Below are positions 50,756 to 63,805 of a stretch of 64,000 nucleotides of DNA, one piece after another. How positions within the stretch are numbered: position 1 is the first letter of the stretch; every line of letters starts with the position of its first letter. The stretch lies in the NCBI GenBank assembly GCA_051362555.1, contig CM120641.1, positions 1,240,001 through 1,304,000 of the forward strand. The letters run 5' to 3'. The notes under the pieces are model-generated. The model did no database searches. It saw only the letters and a program-made list of their open reading frames with translations, and was not told where the DNA came from. The stretch is from Lingula anatina (lineage: Eukaryota; Animalia; Brachiopoda). Both the position numbers and the translations under genes were made by a program.

Positions 50756-52940
50756 AAAGATCGAATTGTATATAAGGGGAGGACGCGCAACGTTAAGAAG
50801 AGGAAATAACTGCCGTTTTATTTACAAACAATTCACGCGTATACCTCTTTTTACAAAATGCAAAATGGTTGGGTTAATGAGCATATTATTCAAGTGCCTC
50901 AACCAAACGAATAGCGGGAACATTATTTTTTAAAAAAATTATCTCTCAAATGAACTGAATGAACTGAATTTCACATATCTAGTGCAATTGCAATCTTCCT
51001 CAATGCTAAATGGCGGTAAACCAAGCTGGCTAGACGAGGAACTCACTTGCTAATACTCTCCCAGCGGTACACTTCGTTATTTACATGAACACCGGTCTCA
51101 TTCTGTTGCTTTAAAATCACCATTGTTTATTGAGAAGACATACTCAGTTTATTTATGTCAGTTACCCTCACGTGTTCACAAGGCAACATATGTTCCTCTG
51201 GATTGTTCCACAGTTACTCAGGGTAGAGTGGATTGGTGACATGGGGCTGGTCCCCACTTTTTATCAAATATCAACTGTAAAGAATACTCAAACGAATTCT
51301 AAATGCACTTTTGAGCATATTGTTTTCTACAGGGGCGGAGATTTATTGCCTTTTTCGTTATAAAAGTTTCATTACTTTATAAATTTCGCCTTTTTTGTTA
51401 TAAAAGTTTCATTACTTTATAAATTTCAAGTTGTGTGAGGTTTAAAGTAGTTGCATAGCGAAAAAGGGAATATTAAGTTATACAGTTGCAGTTTAGCAAA
51501 GTAGCTTCTCGGTGCACTTGTTGTTATATAAATTTGCGATTTACCTGAATATCTTATTTAATATTTAAAACTCAGATCAGAAATCAAACATATCCTGATA
51601 TACAACCTTGTATTTCATATAAATTGTCATTGAATTGTTTAAATGAGTGTTTGCTTGCCCAACACGCCATTCCTTCTTTGTATTTGACTGAAGCAAGTCG
51701 AATCTTCGCTGTAGCTGTTGTATAATAGTGAAATAGTGAACTGATCAAAACGAGGTTAGGTCTTGGAGATTGCTCCTGATTCAGGTATTGAAACGTGATA
51801 TCACAAACAGATGGCTGAGCTTACGTTATGAATTATAAATCCACATTTCATAAATATTTCACCGTGATTTTAGGCATCAGAAGTACAGGTAGAATGAACA
51901 TAGCAACCCGCATTTAGTTAACAATGTTTCCTAGTCGATGCTATGCCGAGATCTGGGATCACGAGTATATATCTCAGGAATATTAGGATTCACCGCAGAA
52001 GAAAAGCAAGTACTTGTTTGTAATGTTGTAATTTCTGTTATAAATTATTTCTGGTCAAATCTGCGAAATATGGTACAGTAGCCTGGTTTCAAGTTGTTAA
52101 TATGGTATTTTTTCGTTAATTTTCTCGACGTGTCAAGTTATTGCATTAATCATTTCTCGGTGGATACAATTTTGCCATTATCGATGATAATAATTAGTGT
52201 ATAAGAAACTGTTTTTGCTTGGACGTTGGTGATTGTCTCTCGTAAGTGACTTCATGAAACATTCTGAAAGTTTTTTTAAAGAGAGATTCCGTGTTTCGAG
52301 AGGCATTTTCATAGGAGCACATTTTATATTACCTTTGTATCAACTTAAGATCCAAGATGTCGGACATGAGGTGGATGTAAATGTTACCGATCAAAAAGGT
52401 GTTATTTTATTTCGTTGCTGGATAAACCTTCTTTTTTCCTGAATGAACAGTTGCCCTCAATCTTTGAAAAAATGTCAATATTTGATTTCTAAACAGGGTT
52501 AGAATCTGAATGAAAAACAGATTTAAACTCCAATTTTTTAAAACATTTCCAAAGATATAAGTCATCAGATTAGAAAAAGAGATATTTCCAAATGTCAGAC
52601 TGTTTATTATTTATCAAAATGATATGGAACAAAAGTATTGTGGATGGCTTAATAAATGGTTGTAGGCTTAAACACACTGGAACACTGTCTTATATAGATG
52701 TCCGTTTAAATATTTAAAATATTTGTCGTCTGCTTTTTAATGCACCGGAACACACGAGGACAAGCGGTTTTCAAACATTTTCACTTGAGCTTCTACTCTT
52801 TCTAGAAGGGTTAGTAAACATATTTTACTATACTTTATAAATGTAATTCCAGCATTGTGTACCTGTATATATTACTACCAATATCACTGATTCTTGTTGC
52901 GTTTCATTTCCAGACGTACCACATCCGGATTATTGCAAGT

Positions 52941-53855
52941 ATGATCATTTCACGGAGGCCGCTTGTCAACATAGCCGTGATCACTTTAATCGTTATCTTT
53001 GTCACGTTGTGTGCCGTTATAAAAAGACAGTCGAACGAAATAAACGAAATCATCAGAAAACTGTTAAACAAACCCAAAAACAGACCATTATTGAAGACAA
53101 ACTATTTTGAATGTTCGGATTATGTATACGAAAACAGAGGGACGAGTTCAATGTTTTGCCTGAGGACGAATACCCGTACGGCCACAGGTTGTGGCAAAGA
53201 TGGCGTACCCTATCAGTGGCTACCGAAATTTACCACAGACTGGCAATCAGAAAAACTCCAAGAATTTAAAGTCCTTTCGGCGGCAGCACTACGCGCTTGC
53301 GGCGACCATTGTGAAGGCAGCATCGGAAGGAGCCGAGTGCAAGCGGACATGTACGAAGAAGTTGTGAAGGCGCCTTTTATAAATCGTGTCTGTGAGACGG
53401 GGTTCAACGTGGGGTATAGCTCCATGGTTCTCTTGTTGTCAAACCCCAATATTTCTCTCACTAATTACGATTTCGGAATGTACATTACTCCGGAGATTAA
53501 ATCATTCTTCGAAAAAACATTCCCGGGTGGTTTTAAGATGGTTATGGGGGACACAAGAAAAACATTACCATCCCACGTGAAATCCAAGCAAACCTGTGAG
53601 CTCCTAATCATCGATGGTGGTCATAGATATGAAGAAGCTTTAGCAGATTATCAGCTCATGAGGTGGATGGCAAACAAAACACACAATCTGGTCATAATGG
53701 ATGATTTGTACTGTCTCAGTATGTTCTGTAAAGGACCGAGGCAGGTATGGCAGGAGGCAATAGACCGCGGGGAACTGAAGGAGTTGTATGGGTGCGCGGG
53801 GAGATACAAGGGGAGGTGGTTCCGAGGCTTCGCCGTTGGGCAGTTCGTCTTTTGA
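52941..53855 (+). CDS. Type II membrane class I SAM-dependent methyltransferase (Methyltransf_24-like), copy 1, 304 aa, intronless CDS
   Basis: N-terminal signal anchor VNIAVITLIVIFVTLCAVI; motif I VCETGFNVGYSS; GDT; LLIIDGGHRY..A..D; VIMDD. A splice acceptor TTTCCAG lies 27 bp upstream of the ATG. Confidence 0.85.
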   Translation: MIISRRPLVNIAVITLIVIFVTLCAVIKRQSNEINEIIRKLLNKPKNRPLLKTNYFECSDYVYENRGTSSMFCLRTNTRTATGCGKDGVPYQWLPKFTTDWQSEKLQEFKVLSAAALRACGDHCEGSIGRSRVQADMYEEVVKAPFINRVCETGFNVGYSSMVLLLSNPNISLTNYDFGMYITPEIKSFFEKTFPGGFKMVMGDTRKTLPSHVKSKQTCELLIIDGGHRYEEALADYQLMRWMANKTHNLVIMDDLYCLSMFCKGPRQVWQEAIDRGELKELYGCAGRYKGRWFRGFAVGQFVF

Positions 53856-56060
53856 AATTAAGTAAATAGGAAACTGAAGTCAGAAATGGTATTTACAGTT
53901 AGAGGAAAAAAGTGACTTTCCCGATCAGCTGTCAACTCAATGTAAACACTTTTGATTTTGTATTTAGGGACTTTCGTGTATATACTGACATTGTTTCAAA
54001 GAGGAAAACAGAAAACTCTGTTCATTTATTAAGCTCATATTGACCACAGACGAACGGTAGCGCAAAGGCTTACTTAGGTAGGCTACATGTATTATAAGGC
54101 CCAGTTTCACATTACCACTAATTACAACCTATATTAATTTTTAAACAAGGAATTAGAGACTTTAATGAGCTTTATAAATGGTGTGTGCTTTGATTAAATT
54201 TACGCGTCCCGTGAATTAGTATTCAGTGTATCCAATGTAGCATTAGGTTCAGTACTGCAATGGTTTATACATGTATTATCCGTGAATACTGCTATTGTTG
54301 AATCTCACCACTCAACACCAAATGTGGGGGATGGAGATAGAAAGAATTATAATTGATTTAATATTGTATTAAATTTTAATTTGTGTAATTCCATGATGCA
54401 TAAGTCAAATGAAATTGATCATGAGAGAACAGTAATGAAGTGAACTGATAAAAAGTTTATACATCAACGCGTCTGTTGTCATTTTCACCATATTTTCATG
54501 ATCGTAAGGAAGTTAACATGGGTTGTTTTGCCCGGTTCATATAACTACTGAAGTTATTAACAAGTTTGCAGTTCTCAGTCAAGCAATGAACCTGTCTACA
54601 GTCCACCGGAAAGGACCAGTAACATAGAATTAACCACGAGTTAACGAAGGGATATGGTGTGTTAGCTTGGGCGAGAAAGTCTCAGTTGAGATAAAAAATA
54701 TTTCTGCTGTTGTTGCGATTTGTGTGATTAATTGCTTTAGGTGAGACACCGACATACTTTATAATGTCTTCGTAGTTAATTACTTCACACAAAAATTTTT
54801 CAACTTAAAGTAATTCTCTTTTCTCAAAAAAAAAAAAAAAATTTCTTGCTTACTTGAAGATACATGGCTTCACGAATTTATCTTGAACGCTCGAAATATT
54901 AACATTTGTAAACAATAAAGGTATGTGGTCACATTGTATTGATTCAGGTTGTAGGGCCTTTGAAACAGAGTTAAAGTGAAATATTTAAGATGTACCCGCA
55001 CACTCAGGATTGAATATTTTTCACGGTACAGCGTATAGTGAAAAATGATTGTCTTTGCGTTACGTCACAAGCATGTGACAGTGCTGAGTAGTAGTCACAG
55101 GTGTGACTATTAGGTGTACTTTATAGTAGCACTTCAGTTCTAGCCCGACAGCTTAGCAGTTAGGACACACTAAAAATTTATTTTATAAATATTTATTTGG
55201 GTTTGTGAATTCAGAGTGAGGTCTGTCACTCTAGATCTCTGAATATCATGCATCTATATTTTATAGGGCGATGATTCGCATAAGTTAGCATCGCAGCTAC
55301 AGACACAGTTTTCCATAGTGACTTTACTGTTTCGCATGCACAGTTTTATCTATGGTTTTTACTGAGCGGCATGTTATTCTTAAGGAGATCTGTTTTACGC
55401 ACAGTTTTTCGGAAATGTATAATAATAGTAATAATAACGGAGTTCAAAGTTAATTTATCGGTAGAAGATTAAGTACATTCAATATGTCATTATTTGAGTT
55501 TGATACTCAAATGGTATATTAAAAAAAAAAAATCTGTTAGTAAAACAAAGCACAAATATATATTACACACAACGTATTGTATTATTTGTTAATGAATTCC
55601 AATTGAAAGAAATAAAACCGACTCCCTTCTCTTATCGGCCGGGCTAGTCGGCAAATACATGTAAGTATTTGCCTTTGTTTTGTGTATGCTATATAGAATA
55701 GTAAAGACTAGGAGTTAAGAGCATTCTGAGTTTCAAGAGTCGGCAGAAACTTGGGTCACTTTTTCTAATTTCCCGGCTGTTGAACAAGCGCATCTGGTAC
55801 GATTTATCTGTTATCAAAAATATATTACCGCAGATGCTTTTGCCATCGTCTTGATAAGGGAATATAATAAACGATCTTAGTGTGTTCTTAATACGATTTA
55901 TGATAAAATTTAGCTGTCCGTCACTTTCATAAAACAGACAACAGATTCTTGTTAAGAATCAAAAATAGTTTAAGATACTTTTAGTGAATGAAGTATTTTT
56001 ATTGTATGGGCTCGATGATCTCAGTTATGAAAATTGTGAAATTTACCTGGTTATTTTCAG

Positions 56061-56154
56061 ATGTCTTTAAGCCATCTGTTCCCTTGGTTTCTCATGACCG
56101 TGGCAGTCACAGGGGTCTTTGTCTATAAACTAATACGAGATTTCTCAAATGCTG
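56061..56154 (+). pseudogene. Orphan duplicate of exon 4 of the four-TM gene
   Basis: Encodes the same peptide as 48748-48841 (MSLSHLFPW...FSNA) with intact AG/GT sites. The neighbouring exons are not duplicated. Confidence 0.8.
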
Positions 56155-56475
56155 GTGAGATACTGATATTCCTTTTTCCTTCACGTTATAAATGTGTGTG
56201 TGTGTATGTGTGTGTGTGTGCGTGTGTGCCTTCATATGTGTGTGTGTGCGTGCGTGTGTGTTCGCGTTCATGCGTGTGTGCGGACTTCAGTGCAAGTTCA
56301 CTTTTACCTACAGGATGAGACGAGACTGAAAATCGAAACAGACAAGATAAGATTTTCAAAAACAAAGAAAATGATGTCATAAAAAATTTAAATACACAAG
56401 AAAAAAATAAATAAGACTAAAAAAAGAAAACAATTTTTAAAAAGCATTGGTAGCCATAGTTACCCCTCCCTCGAA

Positions 56476-56586
56476 AACAAACAAACAAACAAACAGACAG
56501 ACAGACAGACAAGCAAACAGACAGACAGGCAGAAAAATAAACAAACAGACAGACAGACAGACAGACAAACAAACAAACAAACAAAT
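56476..56586. repeat. (CAAA/CAGA)n tetranucleotide repeat
   Basis: Seen directly. Confidence 0.9.
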
Positions 56587-57985
56587 AATCCTCACACAAT
56601 CCTCACGTAAAAAAGAACCCTGGCGTCTATTTCTAACTACTAAGAAGTAAAAGACAACAAAGACCCAGACATAAATGATGGCATTTTACCCTTTTTATCT
56701 TTACGCCCGGGGATGAACTAAGAGGAACCACTCAACGTTAAAAACGTATTTGAAAATAGTGAACTGATCAAAACGAGGTTATGTCGTGGAGATTGCACCA
56801 CATTCAGGTATTGAAACGTGACATCACCAGCAGATGGCTCAACTTATTTTTAAATTTAAAAAGCGAATGCTTACGTTATGAATTATAAATCCACATTTCA
56901 AAAATACTTTACCGTGATTTTAGGCATCAGAAATACAGGAAGAATGAACATAGCAACCCGCATTTAGTTAACAATGGTTCCTAGTCGATGCTATGCCGAG
57001 ATCTGGGATCACGAGTGTATATCTCAGGAATATTAGGATTCACCGCAGAAGAAAAGCAAGTACTTGTTTATCAAGTTGTAATTTCTGTTACAAATTTTTA
57101 CTGGTCAAATCTGCGAAATATGGTACAGTTGCCTGGTTTCAAGTTGTTTATATGGTATTTTTTTCGTTATTTTTCTTGACGTGTCAAGTTATTGCAGTAA
57201 TGCATTTCTCGGTGGATACAATTTTGGCATTATCGATGATAATAATTAGTGTATACAAAACTGTTTTTGTTTGGACGTTGGAAACATTTTGAAACATTTT
57301 GAAATTTTTTTAAAAAGAGAGATTGCATGATTCAAGAGGCATTTTCATAGGAGCACATTTCATATTACATTTGTATCAACTTAAGATCCAAGATGTCGGA
57401 CGTCAGGTGGATATAAATGTTACCGATCAAAAAGGTGTTATTTCTATTTCGTTGCTGCATAAGCCTTCTGTTTTCTGAATGAACAGTTGCCCTCAATCTT
57501 TGAAAAAAAATGTCAATATTTGATTTCTAAACAGGGTTAGAATCTGAATGAAAAACAGATTTAAACCCCAATTTTTAACAGCTTTTCCAATGATGTAACT
57601 CAGCAGATTAAAAAAGAGATATTCCCAAATGTCAGACTGTTTATTATTTATCAAAATAATATGGAACAAAACTGTTGTGGATGGGTTAATAAATGGTTGC
57701 AGGCATAAACGCACTGGAACACTGTCTTATATAGATGTCCGTTTAAATATTTAAAATGTTTGTCGTCTGCTTTTTGATGCACCCGAACATACGAGGACAA
57801 GCGGTTTTCAGACATTTTCACTTGAACTTTTACTCTTTCTAGATGGGTTAGCAAACATATTTTACTATACTTTATAAATGTAATTCCAGCATTGTGTACC
57901 TGTATATATATATATATTACTACCAATATCACTGATTTTTGTTGCGTTTCATTTCCAGACGTACCACATCCGGATTATTGCAAGT

Positions 57986-58900
57986 ATGATCATTTCACGG
58001 AGGCCGCTTGTCAACATAGCCGTGATTACTTTTATCATAATCTTTGTCACGTTGTGTGCCGTTATAAAAAGACAGTCGAACGAAATAAACGAGATCATCG
58101 GAAAACTGTTAAACAAACCCAAAAACAGACCATTATTGAAGACAAACTATTTTGAATGTTCGGATTATATATACGAAAACAGAGGGACGAGTTCAATGTT
58201 TTGCCTGAGGACGAATCTTCGCACGGCCACAGGTTGTGGAAAAGATTTCATACCCCATCAGTGGCTACCGAAATTTACCACAGACTGGCAATCCGAAAAA
58301 CTCCAAGAATTTAAAGTCCTTACGGCAGCGGCACTACACGCTTGTGGCGACCATTGTGAAGGCAGCATCGGAAGGAGCCGAGTGCAAGCGGACATGTACG
58401 AAGAAGTTGTGAAGGCGCCTTTTATAAATCGTGTCTGTGAGACGGGGTTCAACGTGGGGTATAGCTCCATGGTTCTCTTGTTGTCAAACCCCAATATTTC
58501 TCTCACTAATTACGATTTCGGAATGTACATTACTCCGGAGATTAAATCATTCTTCGAAAAAACATTCCCGGGTGGTTTTAAGATGGTTATGGGGGACACA
58601 AGAAAAACATTACCATCCCACGTGAAATCCAAGCAAACCTGTGAGCTCCTAATCATCGATGGTGGTCATAGATATGAAGAAGCTTTAGCAGATTATCAGC
58701 TCATGAGGTGGATGGCAAACAAAACACACAATCTGGTCATAATGGATGATTTGTACTGTCTCAGTATGTTCTGTAAAGGACCGAGGCAGGTGTGGCAGGA
58801 GGCAATAGACCGCGGGGAACTGAAGGAACTGTATGGGTGCGCGGGGAGATACAAGGGGAGGTGGTTCCGAGGCTTCGCCGTTGGGCAGTTCGTCTTTTGA
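57986..58900 (+). CDS. Type II membrane SAM-dependent methyltransferase, copy 2, 304 aa
   Basis: Paralogue of 52941-53855; protein identical from ACGDHCEG to the end. Confidence 0.85.
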   Translation: MIISRRPLVNIAVITFIIIFVTLCAVIKRQSNEINEIIGKLLNKPKNRPLLKTNYFECSDYIYENRGTSSMFCLRTNLRTATGCGKDFIPHQWLPKFTTDWQSEKLQEFKVLTAAALHACGDHCEGSIGRSRVQADMYEEVVKAPFINRVCETGFNVGYSSMVLLLSNPNISLTNYDFGMYITPEIKSFFEKTFPGGFKMVMGDTRKTLPSHVKSKQTCELLIIDGGHRYEEALADYQLMRWMANKTHNLVIMDDLYCLSMFCKGPRQVWQEAIDRGELKELYGCAGRYKGRWFRGFAVGQFVF

Positions 58901-59384
58901 AATTAAGTAAATAGGAAACTGAAGTCAGAAATGGTATTTACAGTTAGAGGAAAAAAGTGACTTTCCCGATCAGCTGTCAACTCAATGTAAACACTTTTGA
59001 TTTTGTATTTAGGGACTATCGTGTATATACTGACATTGTTTTAAAGAGGAAAACAGAAAACTCTGTTCATTTATTAAGCTCATATTGACCACAGACGAAC
59101 GGTAGCGCAAAGGCTTACTTAGGTAGGCTACATTTTCACATTACCACTAATTACAACCTAATTTAATTTTTACACAAGGAATTAGAGACTTTAATGAGGT
59201 TTATAGTTGGTGCGTACTTTGATTAAATTTACGCGTCCCGTGAATTAGTATTTAGTGTATCCAATGTAGCATTAGGTTGAGTACTGCAATGGTTTATACA
59301 TGTATGTATTATCCGTGAATACTGCTATTGTTGAATCTCACCACTCAACATCAAATGTGGGTCTGGAGATGGAAGAATTATAAT

Positions 59385-62300
59385 TGTACCACCAGCGTTA
59401 GCGCTGGCGGTACACATGGTTTCGGTCCCGTCCGGATCGTTCCGCCGGCTCCGCCGGCTCCGCCGGACGGCTACCGTTACCGCTTCTCCTCCTAGACGGT
59501 AAGGGCCCCCGTACCCATCTCATGGATTTAGGTCACCTATAATCTCAACTCGTTCCACGTAAAATTTGGGCTTTGTCGGTATTGGGGTCTGGGTGTGGCA
59601 CTCATTACAATGCACCCTTGTCTAAAAATGGCAAAATTAAATGCTAATTATCTACCCTACGGAAGGAGTTATGGGAAAAATTTCTATAGACGGCTTTCCA
59701 AAAGTCATATGTGTAGATTTCAAATATACCCTTGGATTTGACCTTTGACCTTTACTTCAAGGTCAAATGGGCCAAAATTTTCAAAAAAATGAAATTTTTT
59801 ACGAAAAAAATTTTTTTGGCCCTGTTATTCAGACACTACACAGACTTAACCAATAATATTATTGGAAAGTGTTACCCTTCAGGTCATCTTTCATCTCTAT
59901 GAATTTGGAGTCAATCGGTGCATTTTCACGGGAGTAGCGGCCATAAGATACCGAAACTGAAAACTGTCTCTAATTCGGGAACCGTTAATGCTAGAGACCC
60001 ATTCTTTTTTGCATTTTGTAGAGCATGTAAAGCCCAACACTGGAGGTGGTCTCGGTTTTTTTGTATTCCATACGGTTTTCGAGTTACGCTGTATCAAAAA
60101 GTACATATTGGTGGTAAAAGCAAAATGTGCAGTACGGTAATGGATAATAAATTTTGAACTCTGGAAAAATAAAATATAAGGCTTGGCAAAGCAGACAACT
60201 TGTGTTCAAAAATGACATTATTTCATCAAATTTGAACTTCTGAAACTTCAGAGCACCTCCTATTTCAAGAATTTTGACCAAAATAACATTTTCTTTATTT
60301 TAATTAATTTTTTCTGTACGAAATTTAAGGCACATTATGGTAACTCCAAAATTATAACATTTAGTCCCTTATATCTCCAAAACTGGCAGAGATAGGTCCA
60401 TAGTTACTATTGAAGTTGAATAGGAAGTCATATACTGGCTATCTTTCTGTGACCTTGAAATTGACCTTTGACCTACTTTTCACCATGAACTGAACTTTGC
60501 AAATTTTGCTTCCCTTTTATCTCCAAAACTGGCTGAGATAGGTCCGTAGTTACTATTGAACTTGAATAGAAAGTCATATACTGGCAATCTAAATGTGACC
60601 TTGAAATTGACCTTTGACCTACTTTTCACCATGAATTGAACTTTGCAAATTTTGCTTTCCTTTTATCTCCAAAACTGGCAGAGATAGGTCCATAGTTACT
60701 ATTGAACTTGAATAGGAAGTCATATACTGGCAATCTATATGTGACCTTAAAATTGACCTTTGACCTACTTTTCACCATGAACTGAACTTTGCAAATTTTG
60801 CTTCCCTTTTATCTCCAAAACTGGCAGAGATAGGTCCATAGTTACTATGGAACTTGAATAGGAAGTCATATACTGGCAATCTAAATGTGATCTTAAAATT
60901 GACCTTTGACCTACTTTTCACCATGAACTGAACTTTGCAAATTTTGCTTCCCTTTTATCTCCAAAACTGGCAGAGATAGGTCCGTAGTTACTATTGAACT
61001 TGAATAGAAAGTCATATACTGGCAATCTAAATGTGACCTTGAAATTTACCTTTGACCTACTTTTCACCATGAACTGAACTTTGCAAATTTTGCTTTCCTT
61101 TTATCTCCAAAACTGGCAGAGATAGGTCCGTAGTTACTATTGAACTTGAATAGGAAGTCATATACTGGCAATCTATATGTGACCTTAAAATTGACCTTTG
61201 ACCTACTTTTCACCATGAATTGAACTTTGCAAATTTTGCTTTTCTTTTATCTCCAAAACTGGCAGAGATAGGTCCGTAGTTACTATTGAACTTGAATAGG
61301 AAGTCATATACTGGCAATCTATATGTGACCTTAAAATTGACCTTTGACCTACTTTTCACCATGAACTGAACTTTCCAAATTTTGCTTCCCTTTTATCTCC
61401 AAAACTGGCAGAGATAGGTCCATAGTTACTATTGAACTTGAATAGGAAGTCATATACTGGCAATCTAAATGTGACCTTAAAATTGACCTTTGAACTAATT
61501 TACACCATGAACTGAATTTTGCAAATTTTGCTTTTCTTTTATCTCCAAAACTGGCTGAGATAGGTCCGTAGTTACTATTGAACTTGAATAGAAAGTCATA
61601 TACTGGCAATCTAAATGTGACCTTGAAATTGACCTTTGACCTACTTTTCACCATGAATTGAACTTTGCAAATTTTGCTTTCCTTTTATCTCCAAAACTGG
61701 CAGAGATAGGTCCGTAGTTACTATTGAACTTGAATAGGAAGTCATATACTGGCAATCTATATGTGACCTTAAAATTGACCTTTGACCTACTTTTCACCAT
61801 GAACTGAACTTTGCAAATTTTGCTTTCCTTTTATCTCCAAAACTGGCAGAGATAGGTCCGTAGTTACTATTGAACTTGAAGAGGAAGTCATATACTGGCA
61901 ATCTATATGTGACCTTAAAATTGACCTTTGACCTACTTTTCACCATGAACTGAACTTTGCAAATTTTGCTTTCCTTTTATCTCCAAAACTGGCAGAGATA
62001 GGTCCGTAGTTACTATTGAACTTGAATAGGAAGTCATATACTGGCAATCTATATGTGACCTTAAAATTGACCTTTGACCTACTTTTCACCATGAACTGAA
62101 CTTTGCAAATTTTGCTTCCCTTTTATCTCCAAAACTGGCAGAGATAGGTCCATAGTTACTATTGAACTTGAATAGGAAGTCATATACTGGCAATCTAAAT
62201 GTGACCTTAAAATTGACCTTTGACCTACTTTTCACCATGAACTGAACTTTGCAAATTTTACTTTCCTTTTGTCTCCAAAACTGGCAGAGATAGGTCCATA

Positions 62301-62578
62301 GTTACTCTTGAACTTGAATAGGAAGTCATATACTGGCAATTTACTGTGACCTTGAAATTGACCCTTGACCTATCTTACGAAGAACTTAAATTTGATTGTA
62401 CCATATATATTTTTTGCAAAAGTTTAAAAATTCTTGTTGATTGCATTTTTACAGCTTGTCAAGCACAAAACTGGTGCCTGTGTCCCTTATTTTGTGTATG
62501 TGGGGGTCTATACGAATGCGCTTGCTCCAGCTGGTGGTACAATATTCGGAGGCGGTATCGCCTCTCTGATCCTCTAGT
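59385..62578 (+). mobile_element. HINE copy 3 with about 14 x 146-bp satellite units
   Basis: TGTACCACCAGCGTTAGCGCTGGCGGTACA ... GCTGGTGGTACAATATTCGGAGGCGGTATCGCCTCTCTGATCCTCTAGT. Array at about 60375-62380. The empty site is visible in the paralogous segment at 54353-54354. Confidence 0.92.
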
Positions 62579-63719
62579 TGATTTAATATTGTATTAAATT
62601 TTCATTTGTGTAATTCCATATTGCATAAGACGAATGGAATTGATCATGAGAGAACAGTAATGAAGAGCGCTTTTAAAAAGTTTATCAACGTGCCTTTTGT
62701 CATTTCCATCATAGATATGAATATTTTCATAGTCGCAGGGAAGAGAAAATGGATTAATTTGCCGGTTCATATGACTACTGAAGTTATTAACAAGTTTGCT
62801 GTTCTCTGTCAAAGAATGAATCTGTCAACAGTTCACCGGAAAGGACCAGTAGCATAGAATTCACCACGAGTTAACGAAGGGATATGGTGTGTTAGCTTGG
62901 GCGAGAAAGCGTCAGTTGAGAGAAAATATTTTTGCTGTTGTTGCGATTTGTGTGATTAATTGCTATAGGTGAGACAGCGACGTTCTTTATAATGACTTCG
63001 TCGTTAATTACTTCACACAAAGATTTTTCAACTTAAAGTAATTCTCTTTTCTAAAAAAAAATAATAATAATAAATTTCTTGCTTACTTGAAGATACATGG
63101 CTTCACGAATTTATCATGAACGCTCGAAATATTAACATTTGTAAACAATAAAGGTATGTGGTCACATTGTATAGATTCAGGTTGTAGGGCCTTTGAAACA
63201 TAGTTAAAGTGAAATATTTAAGGTGTACCCGTACACTCGGGATTAAGAGTTAAGAGCGTTCCGCCGCTCAGTCGGCAGAAACTTGGGTCAGTTTTTCTAA
63301 TTTCCCGGCTGTTGAACAAGCGCATCTGTTATCAAAAATATATTACTGCAGATGCTTTTGCCATCGTCTTGATAAGGAAATATAATAAACGATCTTAATG
63401 AATTCTTTATACGATAAAAGTTAGTTGTCCGTCACTTTCATAAAACAGACAATACCAAAGAAAAATCACAATGCTTGAACCACTCCCGGCTGTCATTTTG
63501 ATCGGCTTCAGAATATAATCCACCTCTCTTGTCTCCTATTGTAAATATTTTAAAACTCGATTAACAAATTTTCCAAAATCGCCTTACACAGTCTACTAGA
63601 ATTTAAATCGTTATTTAGTTGATATTCTTACTTCAAAGATCAACAGGGCAAGTGATAATGTTGCCCCCCCCCCCCACACACACACACACAAATGACCCTA
63701 TCTCACAACTCTGTATGTG

Positions 63720-63721
<2 letters not shown>

Positions 63722-63804
<83 letters not shown>
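63722..63804. repeat. Inverted microsatellite (AAT)n(TAT)n
   Basis: Seen directly; self-complementary. Confidence 0.95.

Positions 63805-63805
<1 letters not shown>

Larger units (their letters stand above)
48635..63453. repeat. Tandem segmental duplication (unit 1 about 48635-55942, unit 2 about 55949-63453)
   Basis: 48635-48985 matches 55949-56285; 51730-55942 matches 56755-63453 (offset 5045 at the methyltransferase), apart from the HINE insertion and a ~700-bp indel. Confidence 0.9.

Noticed and set aside
52857-52940. Extra N-terminal hydrophobic extension of methyltransferase copy 1
   Set aside because: Non-ATG start, spans a splice acceptor, and is frameshifted in copy 2
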